Positions 10,252 through 20,318 of a stretch of 60,049 nucleotides of DNA are shown here, in pieces (the stretch's first letter is position 1; each line of letters starts with the position of its first letter). Below the pieces are notes generated by a model. That model was given only the letters and a program-made list of their open reading frames with translations. It did not search any database and was not told the origin of the DNA. Position numbers and translations under genes: made by a program. The stretch is from an uncultured Bacteriovoracaceae bacterium (GTDB taxonomy: Bacteria; Bdellovibrionota; UBA1018), in contig CAZGCK010000004.1 in the NCBI GenBank assembly GCA_964524175.1, forward strand, positions 6,729-66,777, in the 5' to 3' direction.

Positions 10252-11015
10252 GAACAGGTAGGCCGCGCGCACTCGTTTTGACGGGCGACGGGATCAATTG
10301 CGAGACCGAAACAGCGCAAGCGTTTGTATTGGCGGGGTTCGAAGCTGAGATCCGGCACCTCAATGATTTGATCGCTGAGAAAATGCAGCTCGACTACGTT
10401 TCGAAGCGCTACTCGACGATCGCGTTTCCGGGAGGGTTTTCGTTTGGAGACGATCTGACGTCAGGAAAAGTCCTGGCGCTGAAGATTCAGCATAAGCTTG
10501 GCTGGGATCTGCATCAATTCGTGGATCGTGGTGGATTAGTGTTGGGGGTTTGCAACGGGTTTCAGGCGCTGATTCGTCTTGGCGTGTTTGGAAAAGATGT
10601 GTCAATCACGCGCAATTCTCACGGCAAGTTCTTGAACACTTGGGTCAAGATGAGTCCTGTTGGCAACAAATGTGTTTGGCTCAAGGGCGTGGGGTCGATG
10701 GATCTGCCGATCCGCCACGGCGAGGGACGCATCGTGATTGCGCCGGCTCGCCGGACTGAGATTTTGAGCAAGATGGATCGCCTCGGGATGACTTGCTTTC
10801 GATACGATAACGACCCGAATGGCAGCGAGGAGCGCCTCGCTGGGCTTTGCGATACGACGGGGCGAATTTTTGGGTTGATGCCTCATCCAGAGGCATTTGT
10901 GCGCTGGAACTCACATCCCGAGTGGACTTCCCAGCCTGGGCGCGCCAGCGCTCCAGGACAGGGACTCTCTATTTTTGAAAACGCCTATCAGGAGGCTCTC
11001 CGTGGAAGCTCTTAA
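10248..11015 (+). CDS. purQ: phosphoribosylformylglycinamidine synthase glutaminase subunit
   Basis: ATGA overlap with the purL stop at 10248-10251. It has the class-I amidotransferase nucleophile GVCNGFQ and a downstream HPE. Confidence 0.88.
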   Translation: MRTGRPRALVLTGDGINCETETAQAFVLAGFEAEIRHLNDLIAEKMQLDYVSKRYSTIAFPGGFSFGDDLTSGKVLALKIQHKLGWDLHQFVDRGGLVLGVCNGFQALIRLGVFGKDVSITRNSHGKFLNTWVKMSPVGNKCVWLKGVGSMDLPIRHGEGRIVIAPARRTEILSKMDRLGMTCFRYDNDPNGSEERLAGLCDTTGRIFGLMPHPEAFVRWNSHPEWTSQPGRASAPGQGLSIFENAYQEALRGSS

Positions 11016-12567
11016 GATTCGTCGCGCGTTATTGACCGTCTCTGACAAAGCTCAACTCGTTGAGCTAGGGCAGGCGCTAGCAGGAGCGGGCGCTGAGCTG
11101 GTTGCAACGGGCAAGACCGCGCAGGTATTGAAGGATGCAGGTCTCAAAGTCGTCGGCATAGAGCAGGTGTCCGGTAGCCCCGAGGCGTTTCAGGGACGGA
11201 TGAAGACGATTTCGTTTCCGGTTTGCAGCGGGATTCTCTATCGGCGAGGCGATGCCTCGGATGAAGCGGATCTTGCGAAGCTCAAGATACAGGCGATCGA
11301 TTGCGTGGTCGTGAATTTTTATCCGTTCGAGAAAGCGGCCGCTCAGCCAGGAATTGATCGCAAGAAACTCATTGAAGAGGTCGACATCGGTGGCCCCACG
11401 CTCGTGCGCGCGGCTGCCAAGAACGCACCTGACGTTTTGGTGCTCACGGATCCCGCGCAGTACGTGAGCGTGATCGCAGAGCTGAAGAAAAGCGGGACAG
11501 TGAGCGCTGAGACCTCGCATGCGTGCGCGTCAGCGGCTTGGGACCGGATTTTGGCTTATGACCAGGCGATCGCAGAAAAGCTTGGCAGCGGCGGGCGTCA
11601 GCTCAAGCTCAGGTACGGCGAGAACCCGCATCAGTCCGGCTCGCTTGAGTTTTCGGGCGATAGCCCGATCGATTGGGGCACAAAGCTGACTCCGACGGAA
11701 CTGTCGTACAACAACATCCTCGATCTCACAGCAGCTTATGGGCTTGCGAGCGACCTTAAGCAGATCGATTCGAGCGCCACAGGAGTTGTGATCGTGAAGC
11801 ACAATAATCCCTGCGGCGTGGCTCTTTTGGCGGGTGGGCCAGGGGCTCAAAAACAAGCGCTGCTGCGCGCTTGGGAGGGCGACCCGGTCTCCGCGTTTGG
11901 CGGAGTATTGGCGTTCACGCACCCGATCGAAGAGGACACGGCCGCGTGGCTGGCCGAGAAGTTTGTTGAGCTGGTGGCGGCGCCGGAGCTCAAGGCTGAG
12001 AGCTCGGCTCTTAAGCTGCTGCTTGCGAAGCGCAAGAATCTTAAGGCGGTGCCGATTCGTCGTCTAGGCGCGATGCCCTCGCAAACCACCGTGGTGGTGC
12101 CAGGTGGACGGCTCACTCAGAGCGCAGACCTAGGGTTGAACGAGCCTCTCAAGAGCGTAACAAAGCGTGCGTGGCCCGAGAGCCGTACGCGGCTCGGTCG
12201 ATTTGGGATCGCTGTTTGTCGTTCGCTCAAATCCAACGCGATCGCGATCGTGAGGGAGCTTCCTGCTGGGGGTCTTCAGTTGGTCGGAGCTGGTCAGGGT
12301 CAGCCCAATCGCGTGGAGGCGCTCAAAGCTCTCGCTGTCCCGCGGGCTGAGCAGGTCTTGAATCACGATGGTGGCCGCATTGAGGACACCGTCATGGTGA
12401 GCGACGCTTTTTTTCCGTTCCGCGATACGGTCGATGCCGCGCATGAGGCGGGAATCACGGCGATCATACAACCTGGTGGGAGCATCAAAGATGCTGAAAG
12501 CATCGCTGCTTGCGATGAGCATGACATGATGATGGCATTCACGGGCTTTAGGCACTTTAGGCACTGA
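11002..12567 (+). CDS. purH: bifunctional AICAR formyltransferase / IMP cyclohydrolase
   Basis: The GTG at 11002 is preceded by AGGAGG. It has the MGS-like N-terminus RALLTVSDK and the AICARFT core (YGENPHQ, KHNNPCG). Confidence 0.93.
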   Translation: MEALKIRRALLTVSDKAQLVELGQALAGAGAELVATGKTAQVLKDAGLKVVGIEQVSGSPEAFQGRMKTISFPVCSGILYRRGDASDEADLAKLKIQAIDCVVVNFYPFEKAAAQPGIDRKKLIEEVDIGGPTLVRAAAKNAPDVLVLTDPAQYVSVIAELKKSGTVSAETSHACASAAWDRILAYDQAIAEKLGSGGRQLKLRYGENPHQSGSLEFSGDSPIDWGTKLTPTELSYNNILDLTAAYGLASDLKQIDSSATGVVIVKHNNPCGVALLAGGPGAQKQALLRAWEGDPVSAFGGVLAFTHPIEEDTAAWLAEKFVELVAAPELKAESSALKLLLAKRKNLKAVPIRRLGAMPSQTTVVVPGGRLTQSADLGLNEPLKSVTKRAWPESRTRLGRFGIAVCRSLKSNAIAIVRELPAGGLQLVGAGQGQPNRVEALKALAVPRAEQVLNHDGGRIEDTVMVSDAFFPFRDTVDAAHEAGITAIIQPGGSIKDAESIAACDEHDMMMAFTGFRHFRH

Positions 12568-12569
12568 CG

Positions 12570-13619
12570 ATGGCAACTCTCAATTACGCACAATCCGGGG
12601 TCAATCGTGAAGCCGCCGATGCGCTGGTCGACAAGATCGCGATTTTAGCCAAGTCGACGCTCAACAAGCGGGTCAAGGCATCTGTGGGTGGGTACGCCTC
12701 GCTTTTTGAGCTGGATAAGCGCAGGTGGCTTGCGGCATCGACTGATGGAGTAGGCACTAAACTCAAACTTGCATTTCGCTTGCGCGAGCATCGGACGATC
12801 GGCATCGACTTGGTCGCGATGTCCGTCAACGATCTGCTTTGCGTAGGCGCTGAACCGCTTTTTTTCTTGGACTATTTCGCGACCGGCAAGCTCGATAACG
12901 GCGTCGCGGAGCAAGTGCTCGAGGGGATCGTTGAGGGTTGCAAGCAGGCGCGCTGCGCGCTTGTGGGTGGCGAGACGGCGGAGATGCCGGATTTTTACCA
13001 GGCCGGCGAGTATGACCTCGGGGGATTTGCGGTGGGAGTCGTCGACCCCAAGCAAGTGCTTCCAGGCAAGGCAGCGCGTGGTCCTAAGCCCGGAGATGCG
13101 CTGATTGGGATCGCTTCGAGCGGATGCCACAGCAATGGTTACAGCCTGTTGCGCAAGCTTTTGCCTGAGGGTCCTGAAGGCGACAAGAAAGCCAGGCAGC
13201 TTCTCACTCCAACGCGGATTTATGCACAATCTTTGGGACCCTTGATTCGCAAGGGCGTGTTCAAGGGCCTCGCGCATATTACAGGCTCAGGGTTCTTGAA
13301 CGTGCCGAGGATGTCGGATCAGGTCGACTACGAGATTGAGCTTCCCAAAGGACAGTTGCCGATCATCTTTGATTGGGTGATGGAGAAATCCGGGCTTTCG
13401 CTTGAGGAGCTTGTGCAGACGTTTAACATGGGTCTTGGGATGGTAGGCGTCGTCAAAGCTAAGGACGCGATAAAGACCGTAAGCCAACTTCGCAAAGCCG
13501 GCGAGAAAGCGTGGATTGTCGGTGAAGTGAAGAAGCGCGGACCACGAGGGGTTGGCGGCGCAAAGGGCAGCATTGTCGGCGTGAGGATGGGTACGGAGCG
13601 GGTTCTGTTGCATTACTGA
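12570..13619 (+). CDS. purM: phosphoribosylformylglycinamidine cyclo-ligase (AIR synthase)
   Basis: YAQSGVN, STDGVGTKL and GGETAEMP motifs are present. The start lies 2 nt after the purH stop. Confidence 0.93.
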   Translation: MATLNYAQSGVNREAADALVDKIAILAKSTLNKRVKASVGGYASLFELDKRRWLAASTDGVGTKLKLAFRLREHRTIGIDLVAMSVNDLLCVGAEPLFFLDYFATGKLDNGVAEQVLEGIVEGCKQARCALVGGETAEMPDFYQAGEYDLGGFAVGVVDPKQVLPGKAARGPKPGDALIGIASSGCHSNGYSLLRKLLPEGPEGDKKARQLLTPTRIYAQSLGPLIRKGVFKGLAHITGSGFLNVPRMSDQVDYEIELPKGQLPIIFDWVMEKSGLSLEELVQTFNMGLGMVGVVKAKDAIKTVSQLRKAGEKAWIVGEVKKRGPRGVGGAKGSIVGVRMGTERVLLHY

Positions 13620-13675
13620 GGGTGTAGGAGTGTGTTTGAACTGATTTTTGAATTAGAAGGCTTGGGACCCCGTCG

Positions 13676-16459
13676 GTGAGCGCTGGCGGCTATGCTTCGC
13701 AACTGGATGCTGGCCGCTTGACCGGGCTAAGGCCTCGGGTCTGGGTCTGCGTCGGAGCCGGTTTTTCGCGCGAGGATTTTAAGCAGCATCTGCTGGATCA
13801 GGGGTTGGGCATCTCTGCGGATGCTATTTTAAATTTAAATAGTATTTGCTTAAAAATATGGAGCGCTGAGCGTGCCGCAAACGCGCCCCTGGGTTCTGAT
13901 TTGGCGCCGGTTCGGGTTCTACAAGCTCCGGCTCGGCAAGAAGTCCTGAGGACTCTGCTTGCCGAGTCCCGGATCAGCGCGCGCATGACGGAGCTCAAGC
14001 GTCTCAGGCGACAGGGCAACTTTTTGCGCAGACTCGATCAAGCGCTACAGTCGGGACGAATGACATTTGCTCACCTCGAAGAACACGAGGTCTATGACCA
14101 GCGCCTGGCTCAGCGCTTGGGTCCGGGCAGGGTTCGCGCGGAGATCACCGCTCTTGCGAGCGCTTACGAGGCATGGCTAGAAGCCATGGGCCTTGAGGAC
14201 CCAGTCACGATCCTGCGCAAGGCGATCTCCGTTTTGACTGAACGGGGCTGGCCTAAAGGCCTCGCTCAGCCTGAAGCCGTGCACTGTTTTTCGGTTCAGC
14301 ATGAAGAGAGTCTTGAGCGCGCTTTTTGGGAGTGTCTCGCTCGCCACGTTGATGTCCGGCGCATTGGACCTTGTGCAAGCGCTTTGGCGACGATCGAGCC
14401 GCGCTCGTCCCGACAGGTTTGGGATTGGCAGCTTTGGCACACGCTAGACGACGCAGCCGAGGAGTTGGCTGAGCGACTCGCTCAAGTCGCGCGCACGGAG
14501 GGGCCCGAGGTCTGGGCTCGCCACGTGGTCTTGATTCCTGACACTTCGACAGCCCGTCGGAGCGTGGTCAGGGCGCTTGCTTCTCACGGTGTGGCGCTCG
14601 CGGATCCACGAGATCCCACGCGCTTGAGGTGGGATGAGGGGGTTAAATGGGCGACTCTGCCGCTTTCTTGCGTGTCCGGCGGGTTTGAGCGCGGCGAGTC
14701 CTTGGCCTATCTGAGAGCGCATGCTTTTGCGGAGGCGGAGTATCCGGTTTGGGTGAGAGAGATCTCGGCTCGTGGCGTGCGATTGGGTTTGGCAGCCTAC
14801 GCGGGTGGTGCGCTATCGGGCGTGCATTCGCGACTTACTGAGATCAGCCAGCTCTTTGGAGGCCGCAAGCGCTGCGAGGATCTCGCTGATGCTCACGTTC
14901 GCTTCTTGAGAGCCCAAGCCGGCTCAGATCCCGAACGCCAATGGATCCCGCCATTTTTTGAAGCTCTGTGGAAGGGGCTCAATGACGACCTAAAAGACGT
15001 CGGCTTTGGCGATCGCAAAGCGCCTCTGCGCTTCTGGTGGGAGCGTCTGAAGGCGCGTCTGCTCGAAGCACCCGCGCCAGTCGAGCGCGCCAAGCCCGTG
15101 CATGGTGTGGCGCTTTATCGGCTTTCTCAGGCGCCGCTTCAGGGAGCGGACAATATCTGGGTTTTGGGTCTCCCTCCGCAGTGGCTCTCGGGCGAAGGCG
15201 TAGGCGACTATTGGTTTGCAGAACGGGATCGCGAGATTTTGGCCGGAGAGTTCGCGGTTCGGTCCGCTCGCGAAGTGCGAGTCGAGCGATTGGCTGCGCT
15301 TCGGGATTGGTTCGCGCAGTCTGAACGCACGACTTTTCTCGATGCCGCTTACGATGCCGATGGTCGGGAGCGGGAGACGTTGTATCCGGTCTTGGCGGAG
15401 CTGGCGCAGGCGGTTCGAGCGGGGGGCAACGAGCTCGAGCTTGCAGAAAAACCGCGAGAGATGGGAGCGCACGCGCGTTGGCTTGCGAGCTTTGGTTCGG
15501 ATCGAAGCCTGCAGCCCCAAGAGGTAAAACTCTCGCCATTGCCTTCGCAAGCGGGTGGGGCTCCGACCGAGATCACGGCGACCGCGCTTGATCACTACTC
15601 GTCCTGCGCTTTTCAAGCGCTGGCCTATGACCGCTGGCGGGTGCGTGATGCTCGGGAGCCGGATGGCGAGCCGTGGCCAGATTCTCGCGGCAACATCCTT
15701 CACGCTGCCGTGAAGATTTTGGTGGCGTCGCGTGACCTCGGCGGAGCTTTTGCTGTGGCTCCCCGCGAGGCGCTCGAGCAGGCCTGGCGACTCAAGCCGC
15801 CTCGAGGCATGATCCAGAGCGCCCGCCTCGCTCGCTTATCTCAGGCGCGCATGCTCAAGGTGTTAGAGCGGTTTTGCGAGAAGGAACGCGAGTACGCCGC
15901 TCGTTCAGGAACTCGAGCGACCCACCTGGATGATCTCGCGCTGAGGCTTGAATTCGAAGACATCGCGATCGTGGGTACTCCCGATCGCATCGATGAGCAT
16001 CCGGATGGGCTTTTCGTGATGGACTACAAGACGTCAAGCAACCTTCCTCAGGGAGTGGAGATGCTCGAGCGGGGCTATCGTTTGCAGCTTCCCTTCTATG
16101 CGCTTGCTGCTCAAAGACAGCTTAAAAAGCCTGTAATTGGGCTTCAGTTTGTCGAGCTCAGCCGGACAGGAGGCCGCGCGCGCGGCTTGTTCTTTAAGAA
16201 GTGGAACGGCAAAGAACCCGGCCGCTTGACCAACGCTCGCAGCAACGCTCGCAGTCTCATGAACGGCGAGCCTGAGAGCGCATGGTCTGAGCTTGAGGGG
16301 CGGATCTTGGATCACGCGCGCGCTTATGCTCGGGGTGAGTTTGCCGCTCAGCCTAAGCGCCAAGACAAGGAGTGCGCGTTTTGCCAGGTCAAGGATCTCT
16401 GCGGGTTTAGGCGAAAAGCCCAGGAGCTGACCGCAGAAGAAGGGGCGATCGATGGCTGA
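13676..16459 (+). CDS. addB: AddB-like PD-(D/E)XK nuclease subunit (helicase-inactive)
   Basis: 927 aa. C-terminal RecB-type nuclease motif (GTPDRID...FVMDYKTS) and Cys cluster (SSCAF ... CAFCQVKDLC). No GxGK[ST] Walker A seen. It overlaps the downstream UvrD-like gene by 8 nt. Confidence 0.7.
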   Translation: MSAGGYASQLDAGRLTGLRPRVWVCVGAGFSREDFKQHLLDQGLGISADAILNLNSICLKIWSAERAANAPLGSDLAPVRVLQAPARQEVLRTLLAESRISARMTELKRLRRQGNFLRRLDQALQSGRMTFAHLEEHEVYDQRLAQRLGPGRVRAEITALASAYEAWLEAMGLEDPVTILRKAISVLTERGWPKGLAQPEAVHCFSVQHEESLERAFWECLARHVDVRRIGPCASALATIEPRSSRQVWDWQLWHTLDDAAEELAERLAQVARTEGPEVWARHVVLIPDTSTARRSVVRALASHGVALADPRDPTRLRWDEGVKWATLPLSCVSGGFERGESLAYLRAHAFAEAEYPVWVREISARGVRLGLAAYAGGALSGVHSRLTEISQLFGGRKRCEDLADAHVRFLRAQAGSDPERQWIPPFFEALWKGLNDDLKDVGFGDRKAPLRFWWERLKARLLEAPAPVERAKPVHGVALYRLSQAPLQGADNIWVLGLPPQWLSGEGVGDYWFAERDREILAGEFAVRSAREVRVERLAALRDWFAQSERTTFLDAAYDADGRERETLYPVLAELAQAVRAGGNELELAEKPREMGAHARWLASFGSDRSLQPQEVKLSPLPSQAGGAPTEITATALDHYSSCAFQALAYDRWRVRDAREPDGEPWPDSRGNILHAAVKILVASRDLGGAFAVAPREALEQAWRLKPPRGMIQSARLARLSQARMLKVLERFCEKEREYAARSGTRATHLDDLALRLEFEDIAIVGTPDRIDEHPDGLFVMDYKTSSNLPQGVEMLERGYRLQLPFYALAAQRQLKKPVIGLQFVELSRTGGRARGLFFKKWNGKEPGRLTNARSNARSLMNGEPESAWSELEGRILDHARAYARGEFAAQPKRQDKECAFCQVKDLCGFRRKAQELTAEEGAIDG

Positions 16460-19376
16460 GCTGAGTGATCTGTCACCCGAGCAGCAAGAGGTCGTATCGC
16501 ATTGGGGGCAAGGCATGGCAGTGCTCGCCGGAGCGGGATCTGGCAAGACCACCACTCTGGTGATCAAATGCGTGGAGCTGCTCAAGCTCAATCCTGAGGC
16601 AAGGTTTGCGGCAGTTTCTTTTACGGAGCGATCCGCGAGTGATTTGAGGCTCAAGCTCACGCAGCGGCTCAGCGCTCTAAGTTTGCCGGCACAAGGGCAG
16701 GGCGGAGTGCTGAGTCGTCACTGGGTGATGACCATCCACGGTTTGTGCGCGACGATCATTAGGGAGTTTCCGCGCGAAGCAGGCTTCGATGGCGAGGAGA
16801 CCATGCTCTCCGAGGGTGAAGCCGCCTTGCTGTGGGAGCGCGCCACTGATGTAATTTGGATAGAAGATGATCTGCCGCCCGAGGTGGGCGCTGGAGTCGA
16901 GCGGCTTCTGACGCGTGAGAGTCGGCCCAGTGTTCTGAGTCTGCTCGCGCGGGTGAGAGAGCTTTTTTCTTTTGGTGTTCTTGCTTTTCTCGATGCCTCC
17001 CAAGATCCTCACGAGCGAGATCTCGGCGCAGTAGGACGCTATGTTTTGGATCGTTACGATCGTCTCAAGCGCCGACGTGGAGCGCTCGACTTTAACGATC
17101 TTGAAAGAGGCGCAGATCGAGCCCTCGAGATCGCGTCGGTGCGTGAGGCTCTGCAAAAGCGTTTTGACTTGGTTCTGGTAGATGAGTTCCAAGACACTAA
17201 TCCTCTGCAAGCAAGAATCATCCTGAGATTTGTGCGCCCAGATGCCTCGAATCTCTGCGTCGTCGGAGATCCCAAGCAGTCGATTTATCGCTTTCGCGAT
17301 GCAGACGTAACGGTGTTCGAAGACTTTTGCTCTCAGCTTCCTGTCAATAAGCGCCTGACTTGGAACTTTCGCAGTCGCCCGGGCATCATCGAGTACGCCA
17401 ACGTCGTTTGCGAGAAGGCGTTTGAGGCCTCCGACATGCGCTTTGATGCGCTCGTGCCAATGCGGGAGGTGCGCCCAGATTTGGATCCCGTCGTGAGGCT
17501 CGATGTGCGCTCTCCCTTGGATCTGGCTCGTTGGGTTCAGTCAGAGAACGCGCGCGGAGTCCCACTTCACGAGATGGCGCTGCTTATGCGTCGGATCCGC
17601 GGCAATGAAAAGTGGCTGCAGGCGCTGACATCGCTCGGAGTTCCGATCGCGATCGGCAGCGGAGGCTTGTTTTGGAGTGACCCGCGCGTTCGTGAGCTGG
17701 GTGCGTTTCTCAAGTGGTGGGACAATCCTGGCAATGCGCTCAGCGCGGCCGTGTTCTTGCGCTCTCCCTGGATGGGCATCCCCGACGTGGAGATCGATGC
17801 TTGGGTCAAGAGGGATCCGACGTTTGTGAGGCCGTTCTTTGAGTCGAGTCACCCCGTAGCTCAAGCGCTCAAGTCCTTGCGAGGGCGGATCGTGCGCCCC
17901 GGTGAGTTGTTGATGGCGCTTTTAGTGCCGGGTGAGGCGGGAGAAGCCATCGAGCGCGAGTTGGGTGCTCAGCTCCTGGGACTTTGGCATCGAGTAGAAG
18001 ACTTGTCGTGGCGAGGCTTGGATTTTCACGCGGTCGTCTCGGATGTGAATCTGGGCATCGAGCAGGAGCGGCGCGATCGCGATGTGCCGCCGCCGCGCAA
18101 TCAAGGCCAGCTTTCAGTGCTGACTCTTCACGGCTCTAAAGGGCTCGAGTTCCCGCATGTGATCCTCATCGATTTTGGCAAGAAGACCCGCTCGAGCGAT
18201 ACCCCATTGCTCTTTTGGGATCGGGAGCGAGGGGCTTTTCTTGGAAGAAGAACCGAAGACGGCGAGCGCGAAAAGAAAAATGCCGACGAGCAGACGTGGC
18301 GTGAGAGCGAGAAGTCCAAAAATCTGGCTGAAAGCAAACGGCTTTTCTATGTGGCGCTCACTCGTGCGCAGGAGCGATTGGTGCTGGTTTGTCCGGAGCT
18401 TGCGGAGACTGCAGCTGTGGATCCTGAAGCCGTTTATGGCGATGACTATTGGCGAGGATGGATCGAAAGTGCTGAAGGGCAGCGCGGAATTAAGACGGCC
18501 CAACTGCCTGAGGTGAGATCGAGCGTTTTGATCCCGCAGGTTGCACCTCTCCCTTCATCCCCGGTGTCTCGCTTGGCACCTCAGCTTGTGAGGCGGCCAC
18601 GGCACAGCGTTACCGAGTGGAATCTTCTTTCTCGCTGCGAGCGAGCCTACGACTGGACCTATGTGCGCCCGATGCCCCTATTGGAGGGAATTGAGGAGCC
18701 CGGGTTGTTTACGGGTTCGAAGCTTGCGTCTAGAGAAGAGGACGAGCTGAGTCAGCGCGAACTGGGTACTGCGGTGCATAGTTGCTTGGAGCGAGGGGAT
18801 TTTGACGGTCTCAAGGCCCTCGAGTCTCGCGTCGGGTCTCAACGCTTCATGGCGGATCCGTTGATCAGCTGGGCAATGAGCTCGGAGTGGATGGCGCCGC
18901 AGGCTCCGGGAAGGGATGTTTTCGCCGAGCTGGCTTTTGAGGTTCCCTTTGAAAAAGAAGTTCTCGTGGGTTCGATCGATCGCGTCGTAGTCAAAGACGA
19001 TATCTACACGATTGTTGACTTCAAGGTCACGGAGAAGCCCAAGTCTGTTGAGGCGCTTTTGGAGAGCTATCAAACCCAGATGGAGCTCTATGCTTCTGGT
19101 TTAAGAAAGCTTGAGGGCGCGAGTCTGCTGCAGCAGGGTCGCGTTCAGCCTATTCAGGTTGAAGCGTTTCTCGTCAATATTTCGTCGCGTACGATTCAGG
19201 TTGTTCCCGTGCCGCTGGATCAAGTAAGCCCGGCGCGCGCTCCGATCGATGCCTTACCGCGGTTGGCCTCTGAGATCGTAGCAGGGCGCGCGGGCCGGCC
19301 ACGCCCTGGTCCGCTCTGCAGGTACTGTGACTTTAAGTCCAAGTGCCCTGAATCTCGTGCCAGCGGTGCCGGTTGA
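16452..19376 (+). CDS. addA: AddA/UvrD-family helicase with C-terminal PD-(D/E)XK nuclease
   Basis: Walker A AGAGSGKTTTL, motif II VDEFQDTNP, TLHGSKGLEF, a C-terminal nuclease (GSIDRVV...IVDFKVT) and CRYCDFKSKC. Confidence 0.75.
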   Translation: MAELSDLSPEQQEVVSHWGQGMAVLAGAGSGKTTTLVIKCVELLKLNPEARFAAVSFTERSASDLRLKLTQRLSALSLPAQGQGGVLSRHWVMTIHGLCATIIREFPREAGFDGEETMLSEGEAALLWERATDVIWIEDDLPPEVGAGVERLLTRESRPSVLSLLARVRELFSFGVLAFLDASQDPHERDLGAVGRYVLDRYDRLKRRRGALDFNDLERGADRALEIASVREALQKRFDLVLVDEFQDTNPLQARIILRFVRPDASNLCVVGDPKQSIYRFRDADVTVFEDFCSQLPVNKRLTWNFRSRPGIIEYANVVCEKAFEASDMRFDALVPMREVRPDLDPVVRLDVRSPLDLARWVQSENARGVPLHEMALLMRRIRGNEKWLQALTSLGVPIAIGSGGLFWSDPRVRELGAFLKWWDNPGNALSAAVFLRSPWMGIPDVEIDAWVKRDPTFVRPFFESSHPVAQALKSLRGRIVRPGELLMALLVPGEAGEAIERELGAQLLGLWHRVEDLSWRGLDFHAVVSDVNLGIEQERRDRDVPPPRNQGQLSVLTLHGSKGLEFPHVILIDFGKKTRSSDTPLLFWDRERGAFLGRRTEDGEREKKNADEQTWRESEKSKNLAESKRLFYVALTRAQERLVLVCPELAETAAVDPEAVYGDDYWRGWIESAEGQRGIKTAQLPEVRSSVLIPQVAPLPSSPVSRLAPQLVRRPRHSVTEWNLLSRCERAYDWTYVRPMPLLEGIEEPGLFTGSKLASREEDELSQRELGTAVHSCLERGDFDGLKALESRVGSQRFMADPLISWAMSSEWMAPQAPGRDVFAELAFEVPFEKEVLVGSIDRVVVKDDIYTIVDFKVTEKPKSVEALLESYQTQMELYASGLRKLEGASLLQQGRVQPIQVEAFLVNISSRTIQVVPVPLDQVSPARAPIDALPRLASEIVAGRAGRPRPGPLCRYCDFKSKCPESRASGAG

Positions 19377-19496
19377 ATTTGAAGCTTTACTGAGTACTCA
19401 TTTTTTTTCTCCCGTCAAATTCCTTGCTGATCTTTGCAGGTCCCGGTTAAAATGATGAAAAGCCAAGGAAAAGCGCATGATGCGCGTGAGGCAAGC

Positions 19497-20318
19497 ATGA
19501 AGCAAATGGGACAAGGTGTGCAGAGATTTTCCAAGGAAGGAATCGTGAAGTTCGGAGTCGCCCTCATGGGACTTTTGTGGCTTTGCTTGGTCGCTGCTGC
19601 TTGGGCGGAGCAGGAGGCAAATGCTGCTGAGGGACGCGAAGGAGCGAGCACGGCCAATCGCGAAGCGAGTGAAGACGACGAGTACAACTTCAACTGGTTG
19701 GATCCGGAGAAAAAAATCTACGTTCTTCAGAATCGAAAGTTCCTCAAAAGCGGAAAACTTGAGTTGAGTCTCCTAGGGGGACTGGGTTTTTCAAACCCAT
19801 ATCGCTCGACGTGGAACATTGATCCCCGCGCCGCTTACTTCATGAATGAGTCTTGGGGCTTCGAGGTTTTTTACACTTACACGAGCAATTCAGCCAATAG
19901 TTCGTTTAGCGCTTTGCAAACCGCGCTGACTTCGACCACGGTCTCGCCCGCGGTTCGTGAGATTACCGGCCAGTTTGGCGCTTTGCTTAAGTGGGCTCCC
20001 TGGTACGCGAAGATCAATGTCTTCAACAAGATTCTTTACTTTGATTGGTACTTCACCGCTGGTGGCGGAAGCATCAGTTACAACTACCTGTCATTTCCTA
20101 CCGGCATCAATGGCGCTGTTCTTAATTCACCTCAGACAGCCTTTGGGATTTTCCTGGGAACTGGCCATGAGTTTCATCTCACCAATCGCTTTTTCGCGCG
20201 CATCGACGTAACGGGCGCATACTATCGGTCTCCGGTGATCAGCCCCGCAAATGGGGTTAGTGAATCTGCCTGGTTTTCTAACTACAACTTCGGGGCCGGG
20301 GTGGGCCTCAAGCTGTGA
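19497..20318 (+). CDS. outer-membrane beta-barrel protein (GltA/GltB/NfsA-like position)
   Basis: The ORF opens at 19434 (TTG). The ATG at 19497 has a GAGG upstream, and a GTG at 19545 is also possible. It has a signal peptide (LLWLCLVAAAWA/EQ) and Y/F/G-rich alternating segments (YNFNWLDPEKKIYVLQNRKF). First gene of a five-gene coupled operon. Confidence 0.55.
   Translation: MKQMGQGVQRFSKEGIVKFGVALMGLLWLCLVAAAWAEQEANAAEGREGASTANREASEDDEYNFNWLDPEKKIYVLQNRKFLKSGKLELSLLGGLGFSNPYRSTWNIDPRAAYFMNESWGFEVFYTYTSNSANSSFSALQTALTSTTVSPAVREITGQFGALLKWAPWYAKINVFNKILYFDWYFTAGGGSISYNYLSFPTGINGAVLNSPQTAFGIFLGTGHEFHLTNRFFARIDVTGAYYRSPVISPANGVSESAWFSNYNFGAGVGLKL

Noticed and set aside
14979-15703. Antisense ORFs of 186 and 237 aa inside the addB-like gene.
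   Set aside because: They have the same shadow-ORF composition (R/P/S-rich) and lie fully inside a well-supported plus-strand CDS.
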